Positions 26,539-37,491 of a stretch of 64,000 nt of DNA are shown here, piece after piece (the stretch's first letter is position 1; every line of letters begins with the position of its first letter). Under the pieces are notes generated by a model. It was not told where the DNA came from. It saw only the letters and a program-made list of their open reading frames with translations, and did no database searches. Source of the DNA: a virus. The stretch is taken from positions 22,066 to 86,065 of the IMG/VR virus record IMGVR_UViG_3300034520_000200. One strand, given 5' to 3'. The position numbers were made by a program, and so were the translations under genes.

Positions 26539-29096
26539 TTAATGTGCCAGATTTTGAAAGTATATTAACGCCTAATCAAGATGCAAGATATTGGGGGAAA
26601 TATCAAGCAATTGTTGCTGATATTAATGACCCTGAAAAGAGAGGTAGAATTAGGGTTAGACAGCCTTTTTTTTACGGTAACGAATTATCACCTTGGGCGT
26701 TACCTTGTGTTCCTTATGGAGGGTCTAATAATATAGGTCAATTTTTTACACCAGAAGTTGGAAGCGGAGTTTGGATAGAATTTCAATATGGATTAATATC
26801 TAATCCAATATGGACAGGATTTTGGTTTGCAAAACCTAATGGAGTGTCAGAACTTCCTTCTGAAACACAAGGTAAACCGTATATCAAAGTTTTAAAAACA
26901 AAAAAAGTTGTTTTAACAATAGACGACGATACAGGAAATGTTGAAGTTAGAAATATAAATACTGGGAAATCAGTTATAATTAAAAGTGACGGATTAGACC
27001 CTAATGGAATTGTACAAGATCCAGAACACAGGTTTGTAACTGACACTGAAAAAGAAACTTGGAATACAATAAAAGCTGGTTCAATAGTAGAAGATTCACT
27101 AATTAATGGAAATATTAAAGTTGATGGAGTTGAAATTAACGTTTATACTCATCCAGAAAGTCATCCAGCTAATATGATAACTACTGATACAAACAATATG
27201 TTTGTATCACAATCTGAGAAGGATAATTGGAATTCAAAGTTAAGTTCTATACCAATTGCATCACCTACAATAATTGGTGGAATAAAATCAGGTGGAGATA
27301 TATCAGTTGATTCAAATGGTGTAGTTTCTATTAATGACAATAGTCATAATCATACAAAATCAAATATTACTGATTTTTCACATTCACATACAAAATCAGA
27401 TATTACTGATTTTAGTCACAGCCATCAAACTACAGATATAATTAATTTTGATTCTGCAGTAAGTGGTAATGTTGATGTAGTTGCTAATACTTCTGCAAGA
27501 CATACTCATTCAAATAAATCATTATTAGATACTTATACACAGACAGAAGCTAATTTAGCTGATGCTGTATCTAAGAAACATTTACAAAATACTGATAATA
27601 CTCTAACAAGTTCGACAGTAAATACAGTAAATACTACCGGAATTGGGAATATTGTAGATTTTAAAGTTAATAATACAACTAAAACATCAATTGATAATTC
27701 AGGTAATTTTACTGGTAATGCTGCTACAGCATCTAAATTGCAAACAGCTAGAACTGTAACTTTGAGTGGAGATGTTTCTGGGTCAGCTTCATTTGATGGT
27801 AGTTCAAATATAACTATAAATACTACTGTAGCAGATGATAGTCATAATCATTCTTCAACTACAGGGAATTTTCAAGTCGGAGGAAACCTTTCTGTAACTG
27901 GAGATCTTATTGTAAATGGAACTACATTTACAGTAAATAGTAATACAGTTACAGTAGATGATCCTATTTTAACTTTGGGTGGAGATACAGATCCAGTAAT
28001 CGACGATAATAAAGATAGAGGTATAGAATTTAGATGGCATAATGGTTCAGTAGCTAAAAAAGGGTTTTTTGGATTTGATGATTCTACTGGTAAGTTTATA
28101 TTTATACCAGACGCTACTAATACTTCAGAAGTATTTAGCGGAACAAAAGGAGAAATTGATGCTAATGTTGATTGGAATAATGTCATAAACAAACCATCTT
28201 CTTACACGCCTTCTACACACACTCATACAAGTTCAGAAATCTCAGATGCTACTTCTTCAAATACAGCAAACACAATAGTTAAAAGAGATACATCTGGTAA
28301 TTTTAGTGCAGGTACAATTACCGCTACCTTAAATGGAAACGCTTCTACAGCAACTAAATTACAAACATCAAGGATTGTATCTTTAACCGGTGGTGTGACT
28401 GGTTCAGCTTCTTTTGATGGTTCATCAAATATAACAATAAATACTACTGTAGTTGACAATAGTCACAACCATACGAAATCAAATATTACTGATTTTGCTC
28501 ACACTCATTTAATAAGTGATGTGACGAATTTACAAACCTCATTAGATACTAAAGCAGATGTTTCAAATGTTTTAACTAAAAATAATACTATAGCATATAC
28601 ACCTACTGATTTATACCATCCTGCTACTAAAAAATATGTTGATGATATTGTTGTTAGTATTGGAACAGGTGATATGCTTAAATCAGTATACGATACTAAC
28701 AATGATGGTGTTGTAGATAATTCTGAAAAACTTAATGGTCATCCTTCAACTGACTTTGTTCTTAAATCTGGAGATACTATGACTGGCGATTTAAATGTAA
28801 GTGGTAATGTGATAACTCCTAACAATGTTCGTTGTGAAAATTTATATTTAGGAGAAGCAGGTGGAAGTGTTATAGAAGGTAATATTTATAACTTAGATGC
28901 AATTTATGGAGCAAACGATATTAGATTAGGTGTAGGTTCTACTATATATCATTTTATGAATTCTACTGGATTAGCATTGGGAAAAGCTTCAGCACCTTCA
29001 TCTACACTTGACGTTAATGGAGATATACTTGTTAAAAGTAAATATAAATTAACTTATAATTCTTCAGAAGATAGTCTTGATTTTGTTTATGTATAG
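26535..29096 (+). CDS. baseplate spike (gp5/gpV OB-fold) fused to long fibre-like extension
   Basis: GKY.A.V.DINDPEKRGRIRV..P, WALP, PEVGSGVWIEF..G....PIW.G, then HxH repeats and a duplicated module. Confidence 0.85.
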   Translation: MINVPDFESILTPNQDARYWGKYQAIVADINDPEKRGRIRVRQPFFYGNELSPWALPCVPYGGSNNIGQFFTPEVGSGVWIEFQYGLISNPIWTGFWFAKPNGVSELPSETQGKPYIKVLKTKKVVLTIDDDTGNVEVRNINTGKSVIIKSDGLDPNGIVQDPEHRFVTDTEKETWNTIKAGSIVEDSLINGNIKVDGVEINVYTHPESHPANMITTDTNNMFVSQSEKDNWNSKLSSIPIASPTIIGGIKSGGDISVDSNGVVSINDNSHNHTKSNITDFSHSHTKSDITDFSHSHQTTDIINFDSAVSGNVDVVANTSARHTHSNKSLLDTYTQTEANLADAVSKKHLQNTDNTLTSSTVNTVNTTGIGNIVDFKVNNTTKTSIDNSGNFTGNAATASKLQTARTVTLSGDVSGSASFDGSSNITINTTVADDSHNHSSTTGNFQVGGNLSVTGDLIVNGTTFTVNSNTVTVDDPILTLGGDTDPVIDDNKDRGIEFRWHNGSVAKKGFFGFDDSTGKFIFIPDATNTSEVFSGTKGEIDANVDWNNVINKPSSYTPSTHTHTSSEISDATSSNTANTIVKRDTSGNFSAGTITATLNGNASTATKLQTSRIVSLTGGVTGSASFDGSSNITINTTVVDNSHNHTKSNITDFAHTHLISDVTNLQTSLDTKADVSNVLTKNNTIAYTPTDLYHPATKKYVDDIVVSIGTGDMLKSVYDTNNDGVVDNSEKLNGHPSTDFVLKSGDTMTGDLNVSGNVITPNNVRCENLYLGEAGGSVIEGNIYNLDAIYGANDIRLGVGSTIYHFMNSTGLALGKASAPSSTLDVNGDILVKSKYKLTYNSSEDSLDFVYV

Positions 29097-29107
29097 GGTG
29101 AGACTGT

Positions 29108-32100
29108 ATGGCTGTAAAAGCTAGAATCAAAAATAAAGATTTTCTATTAAATAAAGAAATTAACGAAAGACTTCCAGTAATTCTTAATGGGTTAGTTTAC
29201 CATTATCCTTTTGATAATACTGTTGTTGGAATATCACGAAAGTCTAATTTACTAGATACTTCTGTATGGAAAGTAGGTACTAGTGGTTCTCAAGGTAATT
29301 TTATTTGTAATGGCGCAGCTTCTGAAAATCAGATAATAATTAAAGAAAATCCTTGGGGAGTTCCCGATGTAATTTGGGCATCATTACAAAATGATGCTAC
29401 TAGTGATGCTGATGGTGGTTGGAATGTTACTAATATTCCAATAGACAAAACTAAAAGATATAGATTAAGTGTATGGATTAGGAGAGAAGATGTAGGAAAT
29501 GGCAGAACTTATTTCGGATGTCAGGGTAATACAGTTTGCAATTTAAGTGATGGTGCTAAAAATTCAAATCCGTATTTTGGTTATCCTGCTATTAGTCAAT
29601 GTCCTGAATTGGCAAATAATTGGTTGTTATTTGTGGCATATATCCACCCTTATGATTATACTGGGAGCACAGATCCTAGAACTGGAATTTATAGACTTGA
29701 TGGAACTAAAATTACATCTTATAGTTTAACTGATTTTAAATGGGCTCCAGATGCTACAGTTGGTGGTCATAGAACTTATTTATACTATTCTACTACAACA
29801 ACTGAAAAACATTTCTGGTGTAGACCAAGATTTGAAATAGATGATGGAAATATAGCTACAATACAAGAGTTATTAATGGGTATTGAAGATGTAATACATC
29901 CAGTGTTAGATAGTTATACAACTAAGACAGCCGAAGGGGTAGCAATAGAAATAGCAACTGAAAATTTATTAGAAACTGTTGGCGGAGGAGCTTCTCAAGA
30001 TTGGTCTAAATGGAGTCATTGGAATAGTGCTTCTTATTGGCCTAACTTATGCACACAATATGATGATCCTGTATGGGGTAAAGTTTTTAAAGGTATACCA
30101 GGTTCAATTAGTACTTATATTTTTGATTATTATCCATATTCTTATGCTGTAGGAGATGTTTTATCTTTTAGTTGTTACATGAGAGTTGATCAGACTGTAA
30201 CGAAAACAATTACTTTTTACGTTAATTCAAGTAGTGGAGGTCAGCATAATGTAGCCCCTACTTGTGTAAAGACAGTAAATTTTATGGCAGGAGAGTGGCA
30301 ATATTTAACCTTTACATCAGGAGCTGTTACTGAAGCAGTAAATGGTACTGGCGGTTTTGGATTATCAATGGGTAATTTCAATGGTATTACTGTTGAAATA
30401 GCTTTTCCACATTTTGAGAAAAATATATTTAACACTTCTTATTGCAAAGGAATTAGAAGTGGAAATGGGCTATTAGATCTACCTTTAAATTTAGGTTCAG
30501 ATTTTACTATATTTTATAGATTTATTCCAGATTTTTTATGGGCAACTTACTACACTTCAGCATATAATAAATATATGTGGTATTTATATGATAAAAATAC
30601 AGGTAAAAAGATTTGGCAATCCGATTATCATGCAACAGGGACTTATACTTATAGTAATCCTTGGATTGGATTTGATGAATTCAATACGAGTACGGAAGGT
30701 TATCCATGGCATTGGCATAGTGTTAATACCATAATGACTGGTGGAAAAGAATTTTGGTTTGCACTTACTAAAAGTGGTAGTACTTGGACTAAGTATTTCT
30801 TTACTGATTATGGTTATGTTAAAAGTAGTATAGAGCATACAAAACCTGAAGTTGTTAATTTCTCTCCTAGTAAATTAGAATTATATTATGATTTCTGTTG
30901 GAAAGTAAAAGATTTAAGTATATATGACAGAGCTTTATCTGAGGAAGAGATTTTAAAACTTGCTAGTGCTAAATCTTTTAGTTTAAGGAGTAATGGAGAT
31001 TTACACACCTGTCTCTTAAAAGAAAAGCAAGATTATTTAAAAAGAGATTTACCAACATACATTGATTTTACAGGAGTTATTGACAGCTACTGGTCAAAAT
31101 ATGAACAAACTAACATAAAGGTTTATACTTCTAAATGTAGTAATGTTCCGGGACATTCTTATTCATACTTTATTTACCGACCTGCTAATCTTATATATCC
31201 TGATTGTGGTAATACTACTTGGGGAGGAATAGTAGTCAATTTACCAAACAGTGTTAAAAAGCCTGGGACGTGGAAACTTAGATTTAAGTATAGAGGTCAT
31301 AGTACTCCTAATAATATGGAGGTTTATTTCGCTTATTCTGTTGGATGGACTTCTATGGGAGTTGGTTTATATTCTCCAGCAGGAACATCTATTTCAGCTT
31401 TTGATACTGATGAGTGGCAACAATTTGAATTTATATATACTATAACAGCTGCAGATATTACTCAAACAGGCACTGATAGTAATACTTATGACTGTATGCG
31501 TCAAATGAAAATAGGATTTGGGTATCAAAGTACTGATAGTATAGGAACCCGAGTGTTTGTAAACGACATAGAAATTCTTCCTGTTTCATTAGATTCTGAA
31601 GAAAATGATAGTAATAATGAAGAAATAGGTATAAAATCTGACAGATTTTATTGTAATGAAGTTTATGAAGACAAAATATTGCATAAAATCTTTCTACTCG
31701 GAACAGCGTTTCCAGATACTTCAGGTTTAGATGTAGGTGGAAATAGAGTAGTTAGAGTTGATGGGGTAGATATAGTAAATACTACAGGAAGAGGTTTAAG
31801 ATTAGATACTTTTGATAGTAACATGAGTTATATTTCAGGAACTACTTATGACGTTTATGGAGACGATTTAGCTAGAACTAATTTAGCAAATGATTTATTA
31901 ACATTATCGATAACAGATAAATACTGGTCTTTAACTTCTTATGATGCTATAGGGACAAATACTAATTTAACTAATGCTATGGTTCAGTTAGGTAGTAAAC
32001 TTTGGTCAGAAATTGTAACTACTAATTATAGACATACTTATTGTTGTTTTGGTAAGGGTTCAAAAATTCTTTATGAAGATGGTAGTAAAACTGATTCTGT

Positions 32101-32137
32101 AGATAGACATAGATCAACTATATCAACAATAATTTAA
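29108..32137 (+). CDS. large receptor-binding/fibre-tip protein (LamG-like, carbohydrate-binding-like and ILEI-like domains)
   Basis: GLVYHYPFD and DLSIYDRALSEEEI LamG-type ends; GRGL...TYDVY...SYDA...LGS...YR ILEI-type C-terminus. Confidence 0.7.
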   Translation: MAVKARIKNKDFLLNKEINERLPVILNGLVYHYPFDNTVVGISRKSNLLDTSVWKVGTSGSQGNFICNGAASENQIIIKENPWGVPDVIWASLQNDATSDADGGWNVTNIPIDKTKRYRLSVWIRREDVGNGRTYFGCQGNTVCNLSDGAKNSNPYFGYPAISQCPELANNWLLFVAYIHPYDYTGSTDPRTGIYRLDGTKITSYSLTDFKWAPDATVGGHRTYLYYSTTTTEKHFWCRPRFEIDDGNIATIQELLMGIEDVIHPVLDSYTTKTAEGVAIEIATENLLETVGGGASQDWSKWSHWNSASYWPNLCTQYDDPVWGKVFKGIPGSISTYIFDYYPYSYAVGDVLSFSCYMRVDQTVTKTITFYVNSSSGGQHNVAPTCVKTVNFMAGEWQYLTFTSGAVTEAVNGTGGFGLSMGNFNGITVEIAFPHFEKNIFNTSYCKGIRSGNGLLDLPLNLGSDFTIFYRFIPDFLWATYYTSAYNKYMWYLYDKNTGKKIWQSDYHATGTYTYSNPWIGFDEFNTSTEGYPWHWHSVNTIMTGGKEFWFALTKSGSTWTKYFFTDYGYVKSSIEHTKPEVVNFSPSKLELYYDFCWKVKDLSIYDRALSEEEILKLASAKSFSLRSNGDLHTCLLKEKQDYLKRDLPTYIDFTGVIDSYWSKYEQTNIKVYTSKCSNVPGHSYSYFIYRPANLIYPDCGNTTWGGIVVNLPNSVKKPGTWKLRFKYRGHSTPNNMEVYFAYSVGWTSMGVGLYSPAGTSISAFDTDEWQQFEFIYTITAADITQTGTDSNTYDCMRQMKIGFGYQSTDSIGTRVFVNDIEILPVSLDSEENDSNNEEIGIKSDRFYCNEVYEDKILHKIFLLGTAFPDTSGLDVGGNRVVRVDGVDIVNTTGRGLRLDTFDSNMSYISGTTYDVYGDDLARTNLANDLLTLSITDKYWSLTSYDAIGTNTNLTNAMVQLGSKLWSEIVTTNYRHTYCCFGKGSKILYEDGSKTDSVDRHRSTISTII

Positions 32138-32274
32138 ATAAATATAGATACAATAATAGAATTAATATATGAAGGGTATTTTTATTTCTTAAATTAAATT
32201 ATAGTGAGTTATTTTAACCCAAATATATTTTATATATTGTGTTTATTTCAGAGTGTCAAACACAGTCTTAGGGG

Positions 32275-32661
32275 GTGCTAAATTTGTCTGATACAATTTT
32301 ATGGCCATTTACAATAAACAATATCGGAGTTTTAAATACAACAAGTAATATTGAAGAAGCAATAAATTCATTATTAACTTTTATATTCTCAATAAGAGAA
32401 AATGAAATTTTAGGAGATCCAAATTTATGTAGTAAACTTCATTTACTTTTATTTGAAACTGATAAAAATATTTTAGATACTATGAGTAGTTTATACATTG
32501 AAGAAGCTATAAATGAATTTGCATCAGATTTTGTAAGATTTAAAAGTTGTATAGGAAGTTTTGATAACAACAACAAAATATATAATATTGAAATTATTTA
32601 TGAAATTAAATCAACAAACGAAGAAAAAGTATTAAATTATAGTTTAGAAATATTGTATTAA
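32275..32661 (+). CDS. baseplate wedge gp25/gpW-like protein
   Basis: WPF...I..AI...E...P...S.L..LLFE pattern; precedes baseplate J. Confidence 0.75.
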   Translation: MLNLSDTILWPFTINNIGVLNTTSNIEEAINSLLTFIFSIRENEILGDPNLCSKLHLLLFETDKNILDTMSSLYIEEAINEFASDFVRFKSCIGSFDNNNKIYNIEIIYEIKSTNEEKVLNYSLEILY

Positions 32662-32668
32662 AGGAGGG

Positions 32669-34378
32669 TTGAAGATGCCACAAATTAATTATCTTTCACA
32701 AGATTTTGATTCTTTTTATGAAATGTTTAATGAATTAATTTCTTCAGAATTTCCTAACTGGTCAAAATATAATAAAAATAATTTAGGAAATGTATTTGGA
32801 AAATTTTTATCTATGCTTGGAGATATTGAATCATTTTATAAAGACAAAATGATTCAACAATTATGTCTTCCGACAGTTACTTTACGTAAATATGCAATAT
32901 TACTTTGTAAAACTTTAGGATATAGAATGCATTCTGCAAAACCGTCAACAATAGAACAAATAAAGTTTACAATCGAACCACAAATACAAGATTATATAAT
33001 TCCAGCTGGTTATCCTGTTAGTACAAAAGCAATTAATAGTGACGGTGAATTTATTCAATTTGAAACAGATAGTGATTTAATAATACCTACAGGTCAAACA
33101 GAAGGAATTGTTTCAGCTACTCAAGGTATTACAATATCACTAGAAAACATTGGTATTAGTAATGGTAAAGCAAACCAAAGATTTGTATTAGAAAATAGAA
33201 AAGTTATAGATGGTTCATATACAGTTTATGTTAATGAAAATAATATATTAAAGACTTGGACTGAAGTTGATACATTTGCAGGAAGAGGTAACGAAAATAT
33301 ATTTATTACTGAAGTCGATGAAATTGATAGATCTTATATAATTTTTGGAAATGGAAAAATTGGAAGAATACCTCCAATTGGAAGTGAAATTTATTGTACT
33401 TATAGAATAGGCGGTGGTGAAAATACAAATGTAGGAATTGGTACTGTTACTGAAAACAGAGGGAATTTACCCAATATAATATCGATAATGAATTTAACTC
33501 CTGCAATTGGAGGTACTGAAAGAGAAACTATAGAAGAAGCTAAAATAAATGCTCCTATATTTTTTAAAAATACAGAAAAAGCTGTAACTAAATCTGATTT
33601 TAAATCATTATGTCTCAATGTCAATGGTGTTAAACGGGCACAAGCAACTGCTGGAAGTGCTGGAATAATTGATGTTAGAATTGCTTCTAAAGATAATAAT
33701 GGAATTCCTACTGAAGAATTAAAAAATGCAGTTAAATATTATTTAAATGATAGAAAAATCATAACATTTATTATAAATGTATACGATCCTTACTTTTTAC
33801 CAGTTAATGTAGATATATATGCTGAAGTAAATTCTCAATATTTACAAAGTATAGCACAATCAGCAATAACAACAGTGTTAAATAAACTCTTATCTATGGA
33901 AACAAAAGATTTTGGAGAAGGAGAAAAATTAGGAGTTGTATATAAATCAATTTTAGATTTAGATGAAATTGATAGTCTTGAAATAACAAAATTTACAACT
34001 TCTCCAATTGTTTATCCTAAAACTCAAAGTGCTAATCCTCTTCACACTTTTGATTCTGTAGAAGTATTAAAAGATAATAATTTAGTTGGAGAATGGAAAG
34101 TTACAATGTTGAATTCAACTGATTTTAAAGTTGAATTTTATGATGAAACAACATCAAGTTATATTAATAAAGGAACTGGTTCTATAGGAACACAATTTAC
34201 AAGTTTGGGAAATGAAATAAGATTTACAATTACTTCAAATGGTGGTATAAGTTCTGATGGAGATTATTGGTTATTCTATACAAATAAATATCTTGGTAAT
34301 ATTACAAAAGTTTTAGAACAAGAATTATTGAAACCTGGAATATATAATATAGTACTGAGTGGTGGTATAAGTGGCTAA
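32669..34378 (+). CDS. baseplate J-like protein
   Basis: NY.S.DF, FP.W, LGY, FET, FGNG..G.IP, YRIGGG, GG.ERET, AVTKSDF. Confidence 0.9.
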   Translation: MKMPQINYLSQDFDSFYEMFNELISSEFPNWSKYNKNNLGNVFGKFLSMLGDIESFYKDKMIQQLCLPTVTLRKYAILLCKTLGYRMHSAKPSTIEQIKFTIEPQIQDYIIPAGYPVSTKAINSDGEFIQFETDSDLIIPTGQTEGIVSATQGITISLENIGISNGKANQRFVLENRKVIDGSYTVYVNENNILKTWTEVDTFAGRGNENIFITEVDEIDRSYIIFGNGKIGRIPPIGSEIYCTYRIGGGENTNVGIGTVTENRGNLPNIISIMNLTPAIGGTERETIEEAKINAPIFFKNTEKAVTKSDFKSLCLNVNGVKRAQATAGSAGIIDVRIASKDNNGIPTEELKNAVKYYLNDRKIITFIINVYDPYFLPVNVDIYAEVNSQYLQSIAQSAITTVLNKLLSMETKDFGEGEKLGVVYKSILDLDEIDSLEITKFTTSPIVYPKTQSANPLHTFDSVEVLKDNNLVGEWKVTMLNSTDFKVEFYDETTSSYINKGTGSIGTQFTSLGNEIRFTITSNGGISSDGDYWLFYTNKYLGNITKVLEQELLKPGIYNIVLSGGISG

Positions 34379-35357
34379 ACTAGTTGATAATTTATTTATA
34401 GATCAATTACCAGGAGAATTAAAAGTTAAGATAAAGTTTACAACTCCAAATGAATATTATGATAGTATATATATTTATAGAAGAACAGATAAATACGAAA
34501 ATGCCAATAATAATTTAATTGATACTGAATCATTATTAATCAAACAATTGAATTTTAATGATTACGGTTATAGTAATGAAGTAGAGATAATTGATGATTT
34601 AGACATATCAAGTAATATTATTTATTATTATTCAGTATTAACAAAATATAATAATGTCTTTTATACAAGTTCACTAACTCAGCAATATGTTCCAGTAACA
34701 GAATTAATTGATTATGAAAATATACTATGGAATATTCAACCTGATGTAATCAAAAATAATGATAACGGTGACATGAAAAAATTTATAAAAGTTTTAGCTA
34801 AAATCTTAGAATATATACATGGGCAGACTAAAAGTCTTGAATTACTATTTGATATTAATAAAATGCCGTTAGAAATACTAAATAATATTGCAAATCAAAT
34901 GGGATGGAAATTAGATTCAAGACTTCCATTAGATATTCAAAGAAATATAGTTTCTAACATAACATATTTTTATAAATGGAGTGGTTCTAGAGAAGGTCTA
35001 GACAGACTTGTGAAATTTTACTCTGGATATCCAGATAATACAGGTGTTATTGAAGGATCTAGTAAATTATTATTTTCACCTAGATTTATTGATGGACAAG
35101 TATCATTTAGTAATTCAAGATGTCCTGATTTTGAAACAGATAATTTTTTGTTGATTGGAACTCCAGAAGATCCACTCTTTTACTGTTATGATTTTAAAGA
35201 TACAAGTAGGTTTAATTTAACACAGTCATTTACAATTTATTTCAGAAAACCCCAAGGTTTAAGTCAAAGTCAAGTTGATAATATTATTTCGATTTTAAAT
35301 GATGTACTAGAAGAAAATTCTCCATTAGGTGTAAATTTTGATATCATCGTATATTAA
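34371..35357 (+). CDS. baseplate/tail protein I-like
   Basis: LFDI...P...L..IA..MGW...YKWSGSREGL. Confidence 0.75.
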   Translation: MAKLVDNLFIDQLPGELKVKIKFTTPNEYYDSIYIYRRTDKYENANNNLIDTESLLIKQLNFNDYGYSNEVEIIDDLDISSNIIYYYSVLTKYNNVFYTSSLTQQYVPVTELIDYENILWNIQPDVIKNNDNGDMKKFIKVLAKILEYIHGQTKSLELLFDINKMPLEILNNIANQMGWKLDSRLPLDIQRNIVSNITYFYKWSGSREGLDRLVKFYSGYPDNTGVIEGSSKLLFSPRFIDGQVSFSNSRCPDFETDNFLLIGTPEDPLFYCYDFKDTSRFNLTQSFTIYFRKPQGLSQSQVDNIISILNDVLEENSPLGVNFDIIVY

Positions 35358-35370
35358 GGAGTGATTTAAA

Positions 35371-37257
35371 ATGGGAATACCTGATATTTCTAGAGACTCT
35401 TTTGATGAGACTAAAGATTATATAAAAGTTATTCAAGAACAAGGTAGACCTTTTGTAGATTACGATTATAATGAGCTGCAAGACATATTACGATATTTAT
35501 TAAAAATGTCCGTTCAATTTATTGTTGGTATTAACGTATTTGATGCAGATGGATTTAAAGTTGTTGGAACTGGACTTTCTAACGACTTTACAGTTAAATC
35601 AGGTAAAGCATTAATTAACGGATTGTTTTGTTTTAATAGATCTGATAAATTGGCAAGTGAATTAGGCATAACATTAACTACTCCTACAGCTGACAGAACT
35701 GATTATGTTTATCTTGATATATGGCAAGAATTTATAGATAGTACGCAAGATACGAGTATTAAACATCCTAATCTACCTATTGAAACAAGTCAAAGACTTA
35801 AACTTAGAAAAGATATAAAAATAATTGAAGGAGGAACAGTACCAACTGCTCCACAAGATCATATTTATGTAACATTAGCACAAATAAATAGAAAAGCTAA
35901 TGTTAGTACTATAAATAGTACTGATATTATTGATTTACGTGAAGTTTTTACTTCATATTCTAGTCATAAATATTCAAATCCAATAGATCATCCTGACGGA
36001 TCAGTGACTGATTCTAAAATAGGTAGTAGAACAATTACAGATACAATACAACCAACTTCTGATACAGCACAACTTCAAACTCTTTTATCAAATTTAGCTT
36101 ATATGATAAAAACTACTACAGGTAAATCTAATTGGAGAACTAATCCAGATGTAAATTTAGCTGCAGTATATAATCATATTAATAATACAAATAATCCTCA
36201 TGGTGTAACAGCAACTCAAACTGGAGCTGAGAACTTAATTAATACTCATAAAAATGCAGCCATTTTAGATCATTTAGATGGATCTGTAACTGACAACAAA
36301 ATTGGTAATAGAACAGTTGATGATACTTTAGTACCTAGTAGTAATACAAATAAATTATTAATTTTACTTTCAAATTTAGCAAATAGAATTAAAACTATAA
36401 CAGGTAAAACTGATTGGAAAACAAGTCCAGATACAAATTTAGTTAATGTTTATAACCATATAAACAATACAAACAATCCTCATAATGTTACTGCAGCTCA
36501 AGTAGGTGCCGATATTTTAGTAAATAATCATAAAAATGCAACAACTTTAGATCATCCAGACAATTCTGTAACAGATTCAAAAATTGGAGCACGTTTAATA
36601 ACTGATACAAGTTCACCAACTGCTGATTCAGGAACAATAACATCGTTATTTTCTTGGTTAGCATATATGATAAAGTCAATTACTGGTAAAACAAATTGGA
36701 GAACAGTTCCAGATGTAAATTTAGCTACAGTGAAACAACATATTGATGCTTCTTCACCACATACTGGACATGCAACTACTACAGATCTTAATAATCATAT
36801 CAATAATACTAACAACCCACATAATGTTACTGCAGCTCAGACTGGTGCAGATATTTTAGTAAATAATCATAAGAATGCATCTACATTAGACCATCCAGAC
36901 AATTCTGTTATAGATAGTAAAATTGGTAATAGAACTATAAATGATACTTTATATCCTACAGCTGATACTTCAAATCTTACAACATTACTATCGTGGTTAG
37001 CTAATAGAATAAAAACAATTACTGGTAAAACAAGTTGGCAATTTAATCCAGATGTAAATTTAGTTACAGTTAATAACCATATAAATAATACAAATAATCC
37101 TCATAATGTAACTTTAACTCAATTAAATGCTGTTAATAAATCTGGAGATACTATTAATGGAAATTTACAAATTAACGGAGATTTTTTAATAACTTCTCAT
37201 TTCAAATTTACTTACAACTCAACATCAAACAGTATTGATATTTCATATATAGCTTAA
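35371..37257 (+). CDS. tail fibre protein with four ~94-aa internal repeats
   Basis: DISRDSFD..K.Y..V..EQGRP.VD.D.NE N-terminus; DHPD.SV.DSKIG.R repeats. Confidence 0.85.
   Translation: MGIPDISRDSFDETKDYIKVIQEQGRPFVDYDYNELQDILRYLLKMSVQFIVGINVFDADGFKVVGTGLSNDFTVKSGKALINGLFCFNRSDKLASELGITLTTPTADRTDYVYLDIWQEFIDSTQDTSIKHPNLPIETSQRLKLRKDIKIIEGGTVPTAPQDHIYVTLAQINRKANVSTINSTDIIDLREVFTSYSSHKYSNPIDHPDGSVTDSKIGSRTITDTIQPTSDTAQLQTLLSNLAYMIKTTTGKSNWRTNPDVNLAAVYNHINNTNNPHGVTATQTGAENLINTHKNAAILDHLDGSVTDNKIGNRTVDDTLVPSSNTNKLLILLSNLANRIKTITGKTDWKTSPDTNLVNVYNHINNTNNPHNVTAAQVGADILVNNHKNATTLDHPDNSVTDSKIGARLITDTSSPTADSGTITSLFSWLAYMIKSITGKTNWRTVPDVNLATVKQHIDASSPHTGHATTTDLNNHINNTNNPHNVTAAQTGADILVNNHKNASTLDHPDNSVIDSKIGNRTINDTLYPTADTSNLTTLLSWLANRIKTITGKTSWQFNPDVNLVTVNNHINNTNNPHNVTLTQLNAVNKSGDTINGNLQINGDFLITSHFKFTYNSTSNSIDISYIA
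35986..37125 (+). repeat. four degenerate coding repeats in tail fibre (starts 35986, 36268, 36550, 36889)
   Basis: 282-bp, 282-bp and 339-bp periods read from repeat starts. Confidence 0.8.
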
Positions 37258-37259
37258 GG

Positions 37260-37475
37260 GTGATAAATATGGCTGAAACAAAAATTATTAGAATTAATAG
37301 TGACAACTCATTAGATATTGCAGGAGAATTAATTGAATTAGAAGAAAATATTATAAAATTGATGTCAAATGGTAATATCCAAGTTAAAGAATTTATTGAG
37401 GGGAGTGCTTTAAATTATGATTCTAATTACAGATTAACATCTACTTTATTAAGAGAAAACCAAACATTAGCATAG
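37260..37475 (+). CDS. small fibre adaptor-like protein (probable start ATG 37269)
   Basis: ORF track; three short internal beta repeats. Confidence 0.65.
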   Translation: MINMAETKIIRINSDNSLDIAGELIELEENIIKLMSNGNIQVKEFIEGSALNYDSNYRLTSTLLRENQTLA

Positions 37476-37491
37476 AGAGGTGATTAAGTAA

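Noticed and set aside
18072-37257. Tail genes as an extracellular contractile injection system or tailocin
   Set aside because: Terminase, portal, capsid and replication genes are contiguous, so this is a phage
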